Positions 53,590 to 64,000 of a stretch of 64,000 bases of DNA are shown piece after piece. Below the pieces are notes generated by a model. That model made no database searches. It had not been told where the DNA came from and was given only the letters and a program-made list of their open reading frames with translations. This DNA comes from Octopus sinensis (Eukaryota): contig NC_042999.1 in NCBI RefSeq assembly GCF_006345805.1, positions 136,958,001 through 137,022,000 of the forward strand, given 5' to 3'. How positions within the stretch are numbered: position 1 is the first letter of the stretch; each line of letters begins with the position of its first letter. The translations under genes were made by a program, and so were the position numbers.

Positions 53590-55153
53590 TTATACTATAA
53601 AAGTAGTATGAAAATAAAGGTTATAAATACAATGAATATTTTAACAAAGTATATGCAATTTTAACTAAGTTTAAGAAAGTAAATGGAAATTAAAGAATTA
53701 AAAAAAAAAAAGAAATCGATATTTCTAATGTGCTACAAGGTTACAGAATTATAGTCAAGGCTCATTTGAACTTTCAAAATTTTATTCCGTCAAGTACTAA
53801 ATGTAGTTGACCAATACATTCATTTAACTTGAGTTTAATATATATGTGTTGCATAAATATGTACATTACTTTGTACATAAAACATATCTGATTATTTAGC
53901 CCCAGACCACTCCTGAGCTTGCCAGCCATTCTGTATATCTGATACAATATGTCTAGTAATACATCATCAAATGCATTTTTTCTAAGAGGCAGTAGGAAGT
54001 GATTTGAGAGCAATTTGGCTGCTATTTTTTTTAACAGGTCAAGCGACCACATTGTCTCACTTAACACCTGTACCTCCCTTTGTTCATGCTATTCAAGTTA
54101 CCCTTGAGCACAGTGAAAAGGAAGGAAAGTATTAATTTAATGAATTAATGAGAATTCGGACATGGTGTTAATTAAATTTGACCGGACAATGGTCACTGGA
54201 AAGAAAAGACAAGACTCACCCAGAAAGAAGACATGACCCAGTGGGCAGTTTAACTTCTCTAGTGTTGTGAGATAAAGAGGAATAGGCAGAGCAGATTGGA
54301 AAGAAAGGGTAGTAAAGCATGTTCAGAAGATAGAGGAGGAAGTTTCAGTAGTAGGAAGTGTGTAAGAAGGAAACACAAATGAAAAGAAGGAGACAGACAG
54401 AAAGATAGATATAGAGAGAGAGGGGAGGAATCAGATAGACAGGAGGATTGATACAGAAATGACAGAAAGGGAATAAGTTGAAAAGAAAGTAAAACATAGA
54501 AAGAGGAAGAGTGGGAGAGAGAAAAGCAAACAGAAGAGAGAGAGAGACAGATATATAGGAATAAGTAGGAGAGAGAGTAAACAAACAGAAAGAAGAGTGA
54601 GAGAGGATAAGTAAGAGTAAAAATAGGGCCAAACAAAATGTGAATATGAAGAGGTTCTTGAGTAAATAAGGTTAAAAAGATTTTATTATCATTATAATTA
54701 TTAATTATTATGCTATAAAACTTATATGAAAATAAATGAATATTTTAACAAAGTATATGCAATTTTAACCAAGTTTAAGGAAGTTAATGGAAATCAAAAA
54801 ATGGAAAAATATCAAATTTCCTAATGCACAGTGAGGTTACAGAACTATAGTCAAGGCTCGTTTGAGCTTGACCCAACATTTTGTTTGACCAATTTTCATT
54901 ATACCTTGAACAACTTCATTTCTCACAAAATTAGATCACTTGATCCCCAAAGTTATCCCATGTTTTATCTTTAAAAACTGTCTGAAAATTTTATATTTAG
55001 CCTGTAAAACAGAAACCATGCCCTTTTAAATTTTGATGAATGTGTGTACATATGTGCGAAATGTTGAAAATACAATATTTGAAAAATATATAAAATAAGT
55101 AAGAATGAAGGAAAATAGATTTAATAAGAATAGAACAATTTTCTTCAATCAAA

Positions 55154-56412
55154 TCACATTAAAATATCTAGTGACCTTTCCTTATTACACATATATTCTG
55201 TAGCTTCTTCCATTATTTTTTCAGCTCCTAACAGATTCCTAATGTTTTCTTCATTCTTTGCATTTTCACAGACAACCAAAAATGTGCTATTGTTTTTCCG
55301 TGCTCGGCCTCTCATTTGCACCAGAGTTACAACTGAAGTTGGTGGATTCAGTGTAATCACTAAAGAACACTTTGGTAAATCAACACCTTCTTCAGCTACA
55401 GAAGTTGTAATAATAATTTGATGTTTACCCTCTTTTATTTCCTGAAATACCTTCCTTTGTGTACTTACTCTCATTCCATCACCACCACCACCACCATGAC
55501 CAGTGATACTAACAACAGAGAGATGCTTCTCATTAACCAATGGTGAAGTCTTCATCATCTTGCCAAGTTCAACAGCAGTTCTCCTTCTCTTCACCATTAC
55601 TAATATGAGTCCAGATGGAATATCACGATTATCAGTCATGTATTCACCAATAGTTTTTACCAGATATTTAAACTGTGCTGAAACAGGGATATTGTTCCCT
55701 ACAATTGTGTTAACTATTGATCTGATGTTATCACAACAAAGACCATTTCCAGAAGCAAGTGTAAACGAATATTCCTTATTTGAAGGATCAGAAAGAAATT
55801 TTAGTTCTTCAACTATACAAGAAATTCCTCCATCGAGAGCATCTATAATAAGGGAAACAATTTTTTTAGTGTGATTAATTACGATTGTCCCTTTTTCCAT
55901 TTCTCCAGTGATGGTTACAGACCTTAATCTTTCCTCAATTTCATTCAGAAAGCTTTTGTCAATTAAATCCTCATTCGATGGTATTATGTTTCTTGAAAGA
56001 TCAGAACAGTCCACAAGAACTTTCAAACATTCCAAAAGATATTTTTTAAACTCAGCTATATATGGTAACTCAGCATCTTGGAAAGGAATAGTTTGAATTT
56101 CTAAATGAGCAGTAGATTTATACTTCATTAGCTCTTTTGTTTCCTCTTTCACAATGTTAATTTTCGAATTGTTTAAATTAGTTACCAACGTTTGAAGCAT
56201 AGTAATAGTTTTTGAAATGGTTTCCTTCCCAGCAGGTGAGGCAGTTAGTCCTAATAATTGGGGACAATCTTTCTTTTCTAAAGTATGGTGCTCTTCTCCC
56301 AAAAGTTTTCTGAATGGATGTTCTTTGTCTGAATGGTGGACTTCATCAATAACCACAAGACTGAAATCCTTCCATCTTAAGACTTTTTCTTTCATTCGAC
56401 GATCACAGTATA
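55154..56412 (-). CDS. RIG-I-like (RLR/Dicer-related) DExH helicase, large terminal exon (motifs II-VI, Hel2i insertion, start of pincer helix)
   Basis: Acceptor ttttttttacag at 56413, phase 1, and an open frame to the stop at 55154. Motifs: II VVIDEVHH, III LGLTASP, IV LVMVKRRRTA, V TTSVAEEGVDLPKC, VI QMRGRARK, plus the RIG-I-type ITGHG...GM...Q segment. Confidence 0.93.
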
Positions 56413-57231
56413 CTGTAAAAAAAAAAATGCCAAGCAGAAAATTAGAGAAAAATTTTGAAAACTTTTATATGTATTTTTTTTTAAAGTTTGTGTAGTCAAA
56501 AACTCTTCCACTATAATACAGATTGTATTTCCTTATATAGTCATAACATTTCTAGAGGAAGGTACAATAGAAGTCAAATTCGTTACATTTCTAGTATTTC
56601 ATTTATCAAATCTAGAGTCTCAGATTGATTTATTCTCATCAAGAACACAAGAGAGAAGATCATTTTTATTACCATTATAAAAAGAACCCAGTACATTCTG
56701 TTAAGTGGTTGGCATTAGTACGTGTCGTAGAAACCATGCCAAAGTAGACAGTAGAGTTTGGCACAGTCTTTTGGTACACCAGCTCCTGTCAAACCATCCA
56801 ATCGATGCCAGCATGGAAAACAAATGAGATGATGATGATAATTATTTCATATCAATCTCAAATGTTCGATTGGAATAAACAGGTGTTAAATAGTCACTCT
56901 ATGCAGCAATACACTGGTCCCAGCATTCCTGCCACTATTGAAATCTGGCCTGGAAGTTGTTTTCTGTAAGTGAGTCAAGGACGTTCTGTAATTTGCTCTT
57001 GATCTCAACAATGACAAATAGGGCAGGTGCAGAAGCAATACCATTTCGTTTTTGGCAAGAAACTCATGAGTGAGGAGAGTTCAGTGACGGTGCATTATCA
57101 TGAAAAATCCAATTCTTTGCACTTCACAAATCCGGTCACTTTTGCAGAATGTCCTTCCTCAAATGCTTCAAAACATTGCTGTAGAATTATTTACATTTGA
57201 CAGATATTTGTCTTCATCTTGTTTGTTGTTA

Positions 57232-57277
57232 AACACAACGTTTCGGCTGATATACCCTCCAACCTTCATCAGGTGTC
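57232..57277 (-). ncRNA. Minimal (Penelope-type, dimer-dependent) hammerhead ribozyme, intact-looking
   Basis: GACAC CUGAUGA A GGUUG-gaggguauau-CAGCC GAAA C GUU^GUGUU. Stem I has 5 bp, stem II has 5 bp, and stem III is reduced to the palindrome AACGUU. Confidence 0.7.
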
Positions 57278-57558
57278 TTGGGGAAATTTCAAATCTGGGT
57301 TCTCATTCTTAAGGTATTTTTCAATGTTATTATCATTATCATCTTCATCATCATCATCATTATTATTATTATTATCATCATTATTGTTCAGGTCACTGCC
57401 TGGAATCAAACTCGGAATCTTGGGGTTAGTAGCCCAAACTCTAAACCACTACGCCATATGCCCATGGGCATATGGTGTAGTGGTTAAGAGCGCGGGCTAG
57501 TAATAATAACATCGAAAAATACCTTAGGAATAAGAATCTAGGCTCGAAATTTCCCCAA

Positions 57559-57604
57559 GACACCTGATGAAGGCAGGAGGCTATATCAGTTGAAACATTG
57601 TGTT
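57559..57604 (+). ncRNA. Decayed hammerhead copy in the right arm
   Basis: GACAC CUGAUGA A GGCAG...CAGUU GAAAC AUU GUGUU. Stem II is weakened and the AACGUU palindrome is lost. Confidence 0.45.
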
Positions 57605-58237
57605 AACAACAAACACGATGAGGACAAATATCTGTCAAATGTAAATAATGTACATAATTCCTCACCTCTTAAATATAGAACTGTATCGCTGTAGAATTCT
57701 TGATTGACAATCTGGCCCTGGGGGACAAATTCTCAATGCAAAATACTGTGAACATCAGAAAAAACGATGAGCTTGCTCTTGATTGAGCTATGGAGATGAA
57801 GGGCTCTTCAATTGTGATGAATGCTGCTTCATCTTGGAGTCATACTCATAGACCCAAAGCTTGTCACTAGTGATGATATTCAACATGAAGGATGGGTCAT
57901 CAGCAGCACGCTGACAGAGATATTGACAGACTTCAACACAATGTTCTTTTTGCTCAGTGGTTAGCAGATGGGGGACAAATGCTGCATGTTCAATTCAGAC
58001 ATTAGAATTGCTGCACAAACCCATATGGTAGACCAACAACATGATCCCAAAAACACAAATTTCATAACTTGCGAAGTTAACACAGTGATGTCACACTGTC
58101 TCATGAAGGTCACTGCTAGCTCTTACTGTGCATGCAACCATGTGCTACCATCTGTTGGTGTGCTAAAGAACTAATCTGGAAACTTTTTGATACGACCTTG
58201 TACACACACACACACATATATATGCATATATATAAGT

Positions 58238-59276
58238 GGTAAGAACTGATCTAAGGATGTTGGGTTTCACAGAAGAAATGACAATGGACAAAGATGTCTG
58301 GTGGTATATTCTTGAGAAGACTTGCCCACATCAGCAAAACTGAGTTCTAGAAGCGCTCTGTGTTCCACCCACATGTAACAAGAAAACTTTTCATATACCC
58401 TACCCCAACAAACCAAATTACATTTCTTGTCTTCCTTACATTTCCTCCTTCATGCACTATGCTTACCTCTTACTCTCCAATCCTGTCCTCATGGTCATGT
58501 TTCTCTGTATTATTGCTATTCGGTAGTCCTACACACCTCTATATACCCAAATTTTCACCAGTCACTACATTCTTCTTCCTCACTCTCTACTAACACTTCT
58601 TTAGCAATGTCCTGTCACTTATATTATGACTTTCAAACCTCAAGGGTATGCCCTGGCACTTGCCACCATCTATCTCTCTCTCTCTCTCTTCCTTTACTCA
58701 ACCATCCCATTTATATTCTGATCCCCATCCTTTGTGAGTATGCCTGACACTTTACCACCATCCCTATCCTGCTATCTCCCACTCTCTCTCTCCTCCTGCT
58801 CTTCCTTCAGACAGGTTAACCATTTATCTCCTTTACAGCAGCTCACCTGTTTCTGTCCTCATTCCTGATCTCTCTCTATCTCTCTCTCCAGCCGGGTAAC
58901 CATGTACCTCCTCTACAGTGAGACATCTATTTCTGTATGAAAGGCTCACAATAGCCTTTCATATCTGACACAAGATCACCTCCTCCAATGCCCCCTCCCC
59001 TCTCAAAAGGTCGTTGTCTTGCAAGTTATTTGGTGACTGTCAGTGCAGGTACCACTTAAAAAGCATCCAGTCCACACTGTAAGTGGTTGGCGTTTGGAAG
59101 GGCACCTAGCTGTAAAAACTTTGCCATGTAAAAAGCACTCTGTAGGGTGGTTGGTGTTAGGAAGGACATCCAGCCATGAAAATCCTGCTAAAACAGACAC
59201 AAAAGTCTAGTGCAGGCATTTGCCTGGTCAGCTCCTGTCAAACTGCCCCACCTGTGCCATCGTTAAACGATGATGA
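58238..59276 (+). mobile_element. Decayed RTE-type 3' end with pyrimidine-rich UTR and (GAT)n tail
   Basis: DLRMLGFTEEMT.DKDVW-like remnant at the start. Tail ttaggaaggacatccagcc...cgttaaacgatgatgac. Confidence 0.55.
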
Positions 59277-59307
59277 CGCATATATGCGTATTATATATAT
59301 ATATATA

Positions 59308-59466
59308 GGTGCAGGAGTGGCTGTGGTAAGTAGCTTGCTTACCAACCACATGGTTCCCGGTTCATTCCCACTGTGTGGCACCTTGGGCAAGTGTCTTCTA
59401 CTATAGCCTCGGGCCGACCAAAGCCTTGTGAGTGGATTGGTAGACAGAAACTGAAAGAAGCCTGCC

Positions 59467-59530
<64 letters not shown>

Positions 59531-59733
59531 GTTTGTGTGTCTGTGTTTGTCCCCACAACATTGCTTGACAACCGAAAGTGGTATGTTTACGTCCCTGTAA
59601 CTTAGCGGTTCGGCAAAAGGGCCCGATAGAATAAGTACTAGGCTTACAAAAAATAAGTCCTGGCGTTGATTTGCACAACTAAAGGTGGTGCTCCAGCATG
59701 GCCACAGTCAAATGACTGAAACAAGTAAAAGAG
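59308..59733 (+). mobile_element. Well-preserved microsatellite-bearing SINE
   Basis: Full head (ggagtggctgtggtaag...ggttcattccc), body, internal (TA)n and tail gactgaaacaagtaaaagag. Confidence 0.85.
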
Positions 59734-59857
59734 ATATGCATATAAGCACATATCCATATATATGCATATATACATATATGCAAATATGCATATATACATA
59801 TAATAATAGTAATCCATAGACAGAATTTATAAATATTTTAATGTGTCACTATACACA

Positions 59858-60392
59858 TTTTCCCATTGACCCAATTTGCTGACTTTTCTGATGGCACGCA
59901 GGTGTTGATGAATGGTTGAATTACCAAATCCAAGCTTCTCTGCTAGTTCCTCAATAGTTACGATGGGATTTTGTTCCACCAGGGTTTACAGGACATCCTT
60001 GTCAAGCTCCACAAATCTTCCAGGATGAGGCTCATCCTCAAGGCTGTAGTTTCCAGCTCAGGATTTCTGGAACCACCGTTGACTGGCTTATGCTTATTGT
60101 CCGATCCCCATATATTGCATTAATATTCCTCTCACTCCCATTGTGTTGTTAGCTTTATTGATCTCATAAAGCAAAATATGCTGAATATGCTCCTTTATCA
60201 CTTCCATTATAGCTTTGAAAAAATAACTGTCAAAATCGAACTGCACTCTTCAAAACTTGCACAAAGAATAAGTGCAAGGTAAAATTACTACCTGCTTTTA
60301 TAGCAAGTTGATGCAGGTAATTTATCCTGTCCCCCTCCAACTTTTCATTCATGCAATTGAAAAAACCGCATTATTTATAGGATAACCCAATA
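59858..60392 (-). mobile_element. Mariner 5' fragment (TIR plus HTH region of transposase)
   Basis: TIR tattgggttatcctataaataatgcggtttttt. Frames give EHIQHILLYEINK and LVEQNPIVTIEELAEKLGFGNSTIHQHLRAIRKVSKLGQW. Confidence 0.8.
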
Positions 60393-60397
60393 CATAT

Positions 60398-60456
<59 letters not shown>

Positions 60457-60657
60457 AGCATACATATACATACATATATGTAGACACACACACAAACATA
60501 TATTCATACACACACACAAACATATATTCATACATATATATATATACATACATACATTCATACATACATACACACACACATATATATATACATACATTCA
60601 TACATACATACACACACACATATATATATATATACATACATTCATACATACATATAT

Positions 60658-60688
<31 letters not shown>

Positions 60689-61298
60689 CATACATTCATA
60701 CATACATATATACACACACACACACATATATATATATACATACATACATATTCATACATACATATATATATACACACACACACACATATATATATATACA
60801 TACATACATATTCATACATACATATATATATACACACACACACACATATATATATATACATACATACATATTCATACATACATATATATATACACACACA
60901 CATATATATACATATATATACACACATACATATTTATACATACATATATATATACACACACATATTCATACATACATATATATATACACACACATATTCA
61001 TACATACATATATATATACACACACATATTCATACATACATATATATATACACACACACATATATATATACATATATATATACACACACACACATATATA
61101 TATACATATATATATATACACACACACACATATATATACATATATATATATACACACACACACATATATACATATATATATATATACACACACACACACA
61201 TATATATATACATATATATATATACACACACACACATATATATATACATATATATATATACACACACACATATATATAGACATATTCATACAAACATA

Positions 61299-61334
<36 letters not shown>

Positions 61335-61401
61335 CACACACACACACATATATACACACACACATATATACACACACACATATATACACACACACATATA
61401 T

Positions 61402-61432
<31 letters not shown>

Positions 61433-61479
61433 CATATACCCACACACACACATATATACACACACACACACATATATAT

Positions 61480-61517
<38 letters not shown>

Positions 61518-61562
61518 TCATACATACATATATATATATACACACACACACACATACACATA
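60393..61562. repeat. Compound TA/CA/CATA microsatellite with higher-order units
   Basis: Sequence lines 60721, 60781 and 60841 are identical 60-mers. Confidence 0.95.
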
Positions 61563-61574
61563 TATTTTGCACTG

Positions 61575-61945
61575 TAAGCTACACCAATGCTAGAACGGGA
61601 CGACACTGCATAGTGCCAAATGTCCCAGCAATGCCATCACGCTTCGGGACCAGCTTCTGCAACAGCCTTGGTTTCAAGGGCCCACAGCTTTTTAATATTC
61701 TCCCAAAGAGTCTGAGGAACTTGCACAAAGTAGATGTAGCAGTTTTTAAATCAAAACTGGACATCTTCCTGTCAAGAGTCCCAGATGAACCTACCTCACG
61801 GCAAGAGGTGCAAATGAGAGTAGCTGTATCAAACTCCATTCCTTACCAAGTGCCACATATTAGACGAGGTTCGTCGCAATAACAGTGTAGCACAAAACGG
61901 CGGTGCATCAGCATGGCCGCAGCTCTGAGCTGAAACTAGAAAAAA
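61575..61945 (+). mobile_element. CR1/L2-like LINE 3' end fragment
   Basis: NSLGFKGPQLFNILPKSLRNLHKVDVAVFKSKLDIFLSRVPDEP is a typical RT C-terminus. It is followed by a tail ending gctgaaactagaaaaaaa. Confidence 0.75.
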
Positions 61946-61949
61946 AACA

Positions 61950-61968
61950 AAAATACACACACATACAT

Positions 61969-62029
<61 letters not shown>

Positions 62030-62074
62030 CATATATATATATATACACATACATACACACACAGATATATATAT

Positions 62075-62111
<37 letters not shown>

Positions 62112-62367
62112 CATATTCATACATACATATATATATATACACACATACATATTCATACATACATACACACACATACATACACACACACATATATACATAC
62201 ACACATATATACATACACACACACATATACACATACACACACACATATATACATACATATATATATATATACACATACATATTCATACATACATATATAT
62301 ATATACACACACACATTCATACATACATATATATATATACACACACACATACGTACATATATATATA
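61950..62367. repeat. Compound TA/CA microsatellite
   Basis: Alternating ta/ca/cata runs. Confidence 0.95.
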
Positions 62368-62422
62368 GGGAGATGTACTGGCATAGCAAGTGACCTGATC
62401 TGAGATTGTGCGCTGGAACGAA

Positions 62423-62715
62423 AACAATTGCAGCGTGGAAGGTGTTTATAAGCCATTTAAGAAACACACAAAAACTGTTAGATTCACTTCAACATTTAAA
62501 TTTAATTTGTCAAAATATTTCCGTCGCTTTGAGACCGCGACCTGTTCACTGACAAAACTCCATGCTGAGATGCAGCAGAGTTTTGTCAGTGAACAGGTCG
62601 CAGTCTCAAAGCGACAAAAATATTTTGACAAGTTAAATTTAAATGTTGAAGTGAATCTAACAGTTTTTGTGTGTTTCTTAAATGGCTTATAAACACCTTC
62701 CAAGCTGCAATTGTT
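62423..62715. repeat. Long near-perfect palindrome (arms about 138 bp, 17-nt centre)
   Basis: Left arm 62423-62560 and right arm 62578-62715 differ at only a few positions; the mirrored ORFs on both strands reflect this. Confidence 0.92.
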
Positions 62716-62745
62716 ATATATATATATATATATATATACATATAC

Positions 62746-62855
62746 ATGTTGCATGGTAGTGAGACATGGGTTCTAACTGCGGAGAGCATGCATAGGCTGG
62801 AGAGGAATGAAGGTAGTATGCTTCATTGGATTTGCAATATCAGAGTGCATGACCG
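62746..62855 (+). pseudogene. RTE RT C-terminal fragment
   Basis: MLHGSETWVLTAESMHRLERNEGSMLHWICNIRVHD matches MLHGSETWAVTAEDMRKLARNEASMLRWMCNVSVHN of the 44059 ORF. Confidence 0.75.
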
Positions 62856-63416
62856 AGTACTGAGATATGCAGAGGTGCATGAAACTGAATAGAGGGAAAG
62901 AGAAGTTGATAGGTTAGTATCTAACTGGGGTAGTATTGTGTGGTTTTGGTTGAAGAGGAGAAATGAGTGAAGGTAAAGAATACCACTTGCGAGGATGAGG
63001 AGGCTATGAGGAAGATGGGGATGAGGTGGATTAGAGGAATTTGCAAAGGTAACAATGAGAAGGAATAGTTTAATAAGAAGCGTATTATTAGATGAGATGC
63101 ATAAGTTGTGGTACCTCAAGGTTAATTTTAATTCTACTTCTATCATAACACTGGTCAACTGATTGCAATGATAGAAGACACTTGTCCAGGACCACTTATT
63201 TTCAAAGCAAACTTCTTAACCACACAGCCATATGTACACCAATTCATCTACTAACTTCTCCCAGACTAATCAGTAGTGTTGAATTCCCCACTGCCATCTC
63301 AAGATCACTATTACAAAATAGTTGTTAGTGGTGCATTTAGAAACAGAAGAAGAATAATATCTTTTATTTTACAAATTACATGGAATATTTATAAAAGGAA
63401 ACTTGAAAGAACTGAC

Positions 63417-63541
63417 CTGCTGTACTGATAATAACATCATACAATGATAAAGGATCCTTAGCAGACCCTGGATGACCGCCATAGACACAAATTATCTTTA
63501 GGTTCCGTTCAATAATATTTTCAATATTTGTTGTATCAAAT
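63417..63541 (-). CDS. RLR-like helicase, upstream exon (GG loop and motif Ib)
   Basis: Acceptor ttcttgtctttatag and donor gcag|gtcagt flank 125 nt encoding FDTTNIENIIERNLKIICVYGGHPGSAKDPLSLYDVIISTA. It ends in phase 1 and joins 56412 in frame (DVIISTAVYCDRRMKEKVLRWKDFSLVVIDEVHH). Motifs I and Ia must lie beyond the window. Confidence 0.8.
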
Positions 63542-64000
63542 CTATAAAGACAAGAAACATTTTTTTTATGATTTGCAGTTATTTGTTAAGAAGTTTATGG
63601 AAGTATTAAATAGTAAAAATTGTATTGTTAATTTTTTTAATTCAATCAAATACATTTGCATTCTTATAATTTAAAAAACCTAAAAACTTTCATTAATAAC
63701 AAAATGTTAATTCAAAAAATAACACCATCAAAACTAGCTGCAACCACGTAGTACTATAACTACTACTGTTACTAATATTACTACCACCACTACAGTTGCC
63801 ACCTCCATAACTGTCACTATTACCACTACAGTTGCTACCTCCATGACTGTCACTATAAACACTACTACTACCACTCTCACACTTCACTTGTTACCTTTAC
63901 TACTTCCATCACATCCAAATATATTTCAGCATGTTCCCAATACAACATATTTATTTATTCAGCTGTAACAGTTTAAATTATTAAATGCTATTGTAATAAC

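Larger units (their letters stand above)
57189..57687. mobile_element. Palindromic insertion of two head-to-head tRNA-headed units, each with a hammerhead motif
   Basis: Symmetry centre ccca|tggg at 57464/57465. 11-bp duplication gctgtagaatt at 57178-57188 and 57688-57698. Confidence 0.85.
56890..58202 (-). mobile_element. Decayed mariner element (same family as 22939-23800), interrupted at 57189-57687
   Basis: Shared sequence gcagcaatacac...ctggcctggaagttgtttt. TIR ggaaactttttgatacgaccttgta ends at 58202. Confidence 0.7.

Noticed and set aside
53774-54067. 97-aa minus-strand ORF as a possible downstream helicase exon
   Set aside because: It has no CxxC or CTD features and overlaps a common repeat fragment (gagagcaatttggctgctattt, also seen at about 17885).

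Overview
This is AT-rich, repeat-dense eukaryotic DNA. The SINE, LINE and microsatellite content looks like an octopod cephalopod, which is an inference. Two protein-coding genes converge about 30 kb apart. On +, the last two exons of a Neurexin IV/Caspr (CNTNAP) homolog lie at 16433-16585 and 24558-24745. On -, two exons of a RIG-I-like (RLR-family) SF2 helicase lie at 63541-63417 and 56412-55154; its reading frame stops just after the helicase core, with no C-terminal RNA-sensing domain visible. The rest is transposon debris and repeats. These include a 5'-truncated RTE LINE split by a 1.94 kb long-TIR element with an 8-bp TSD, mariner/Tc1 remnants, non-autonomous Helitrons, piggyBac-, hAT- and Merlin-like MITEs, several tRNA-headed SINE families, palindromes and long TA/CA arrays. 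The most striking non-coding structure is a 499-bp palindromic insertion (57189-57687) in the helicase intron. It is built from two head-to-head copies of a tRNA-headed unit carrying a minimal Penelope-type hammerhead ribozyme. Two further hammerhead-like motifs occur in other repeats. All calls were made by eye with no database searches; repeat boundaries without a TSD are approximate.
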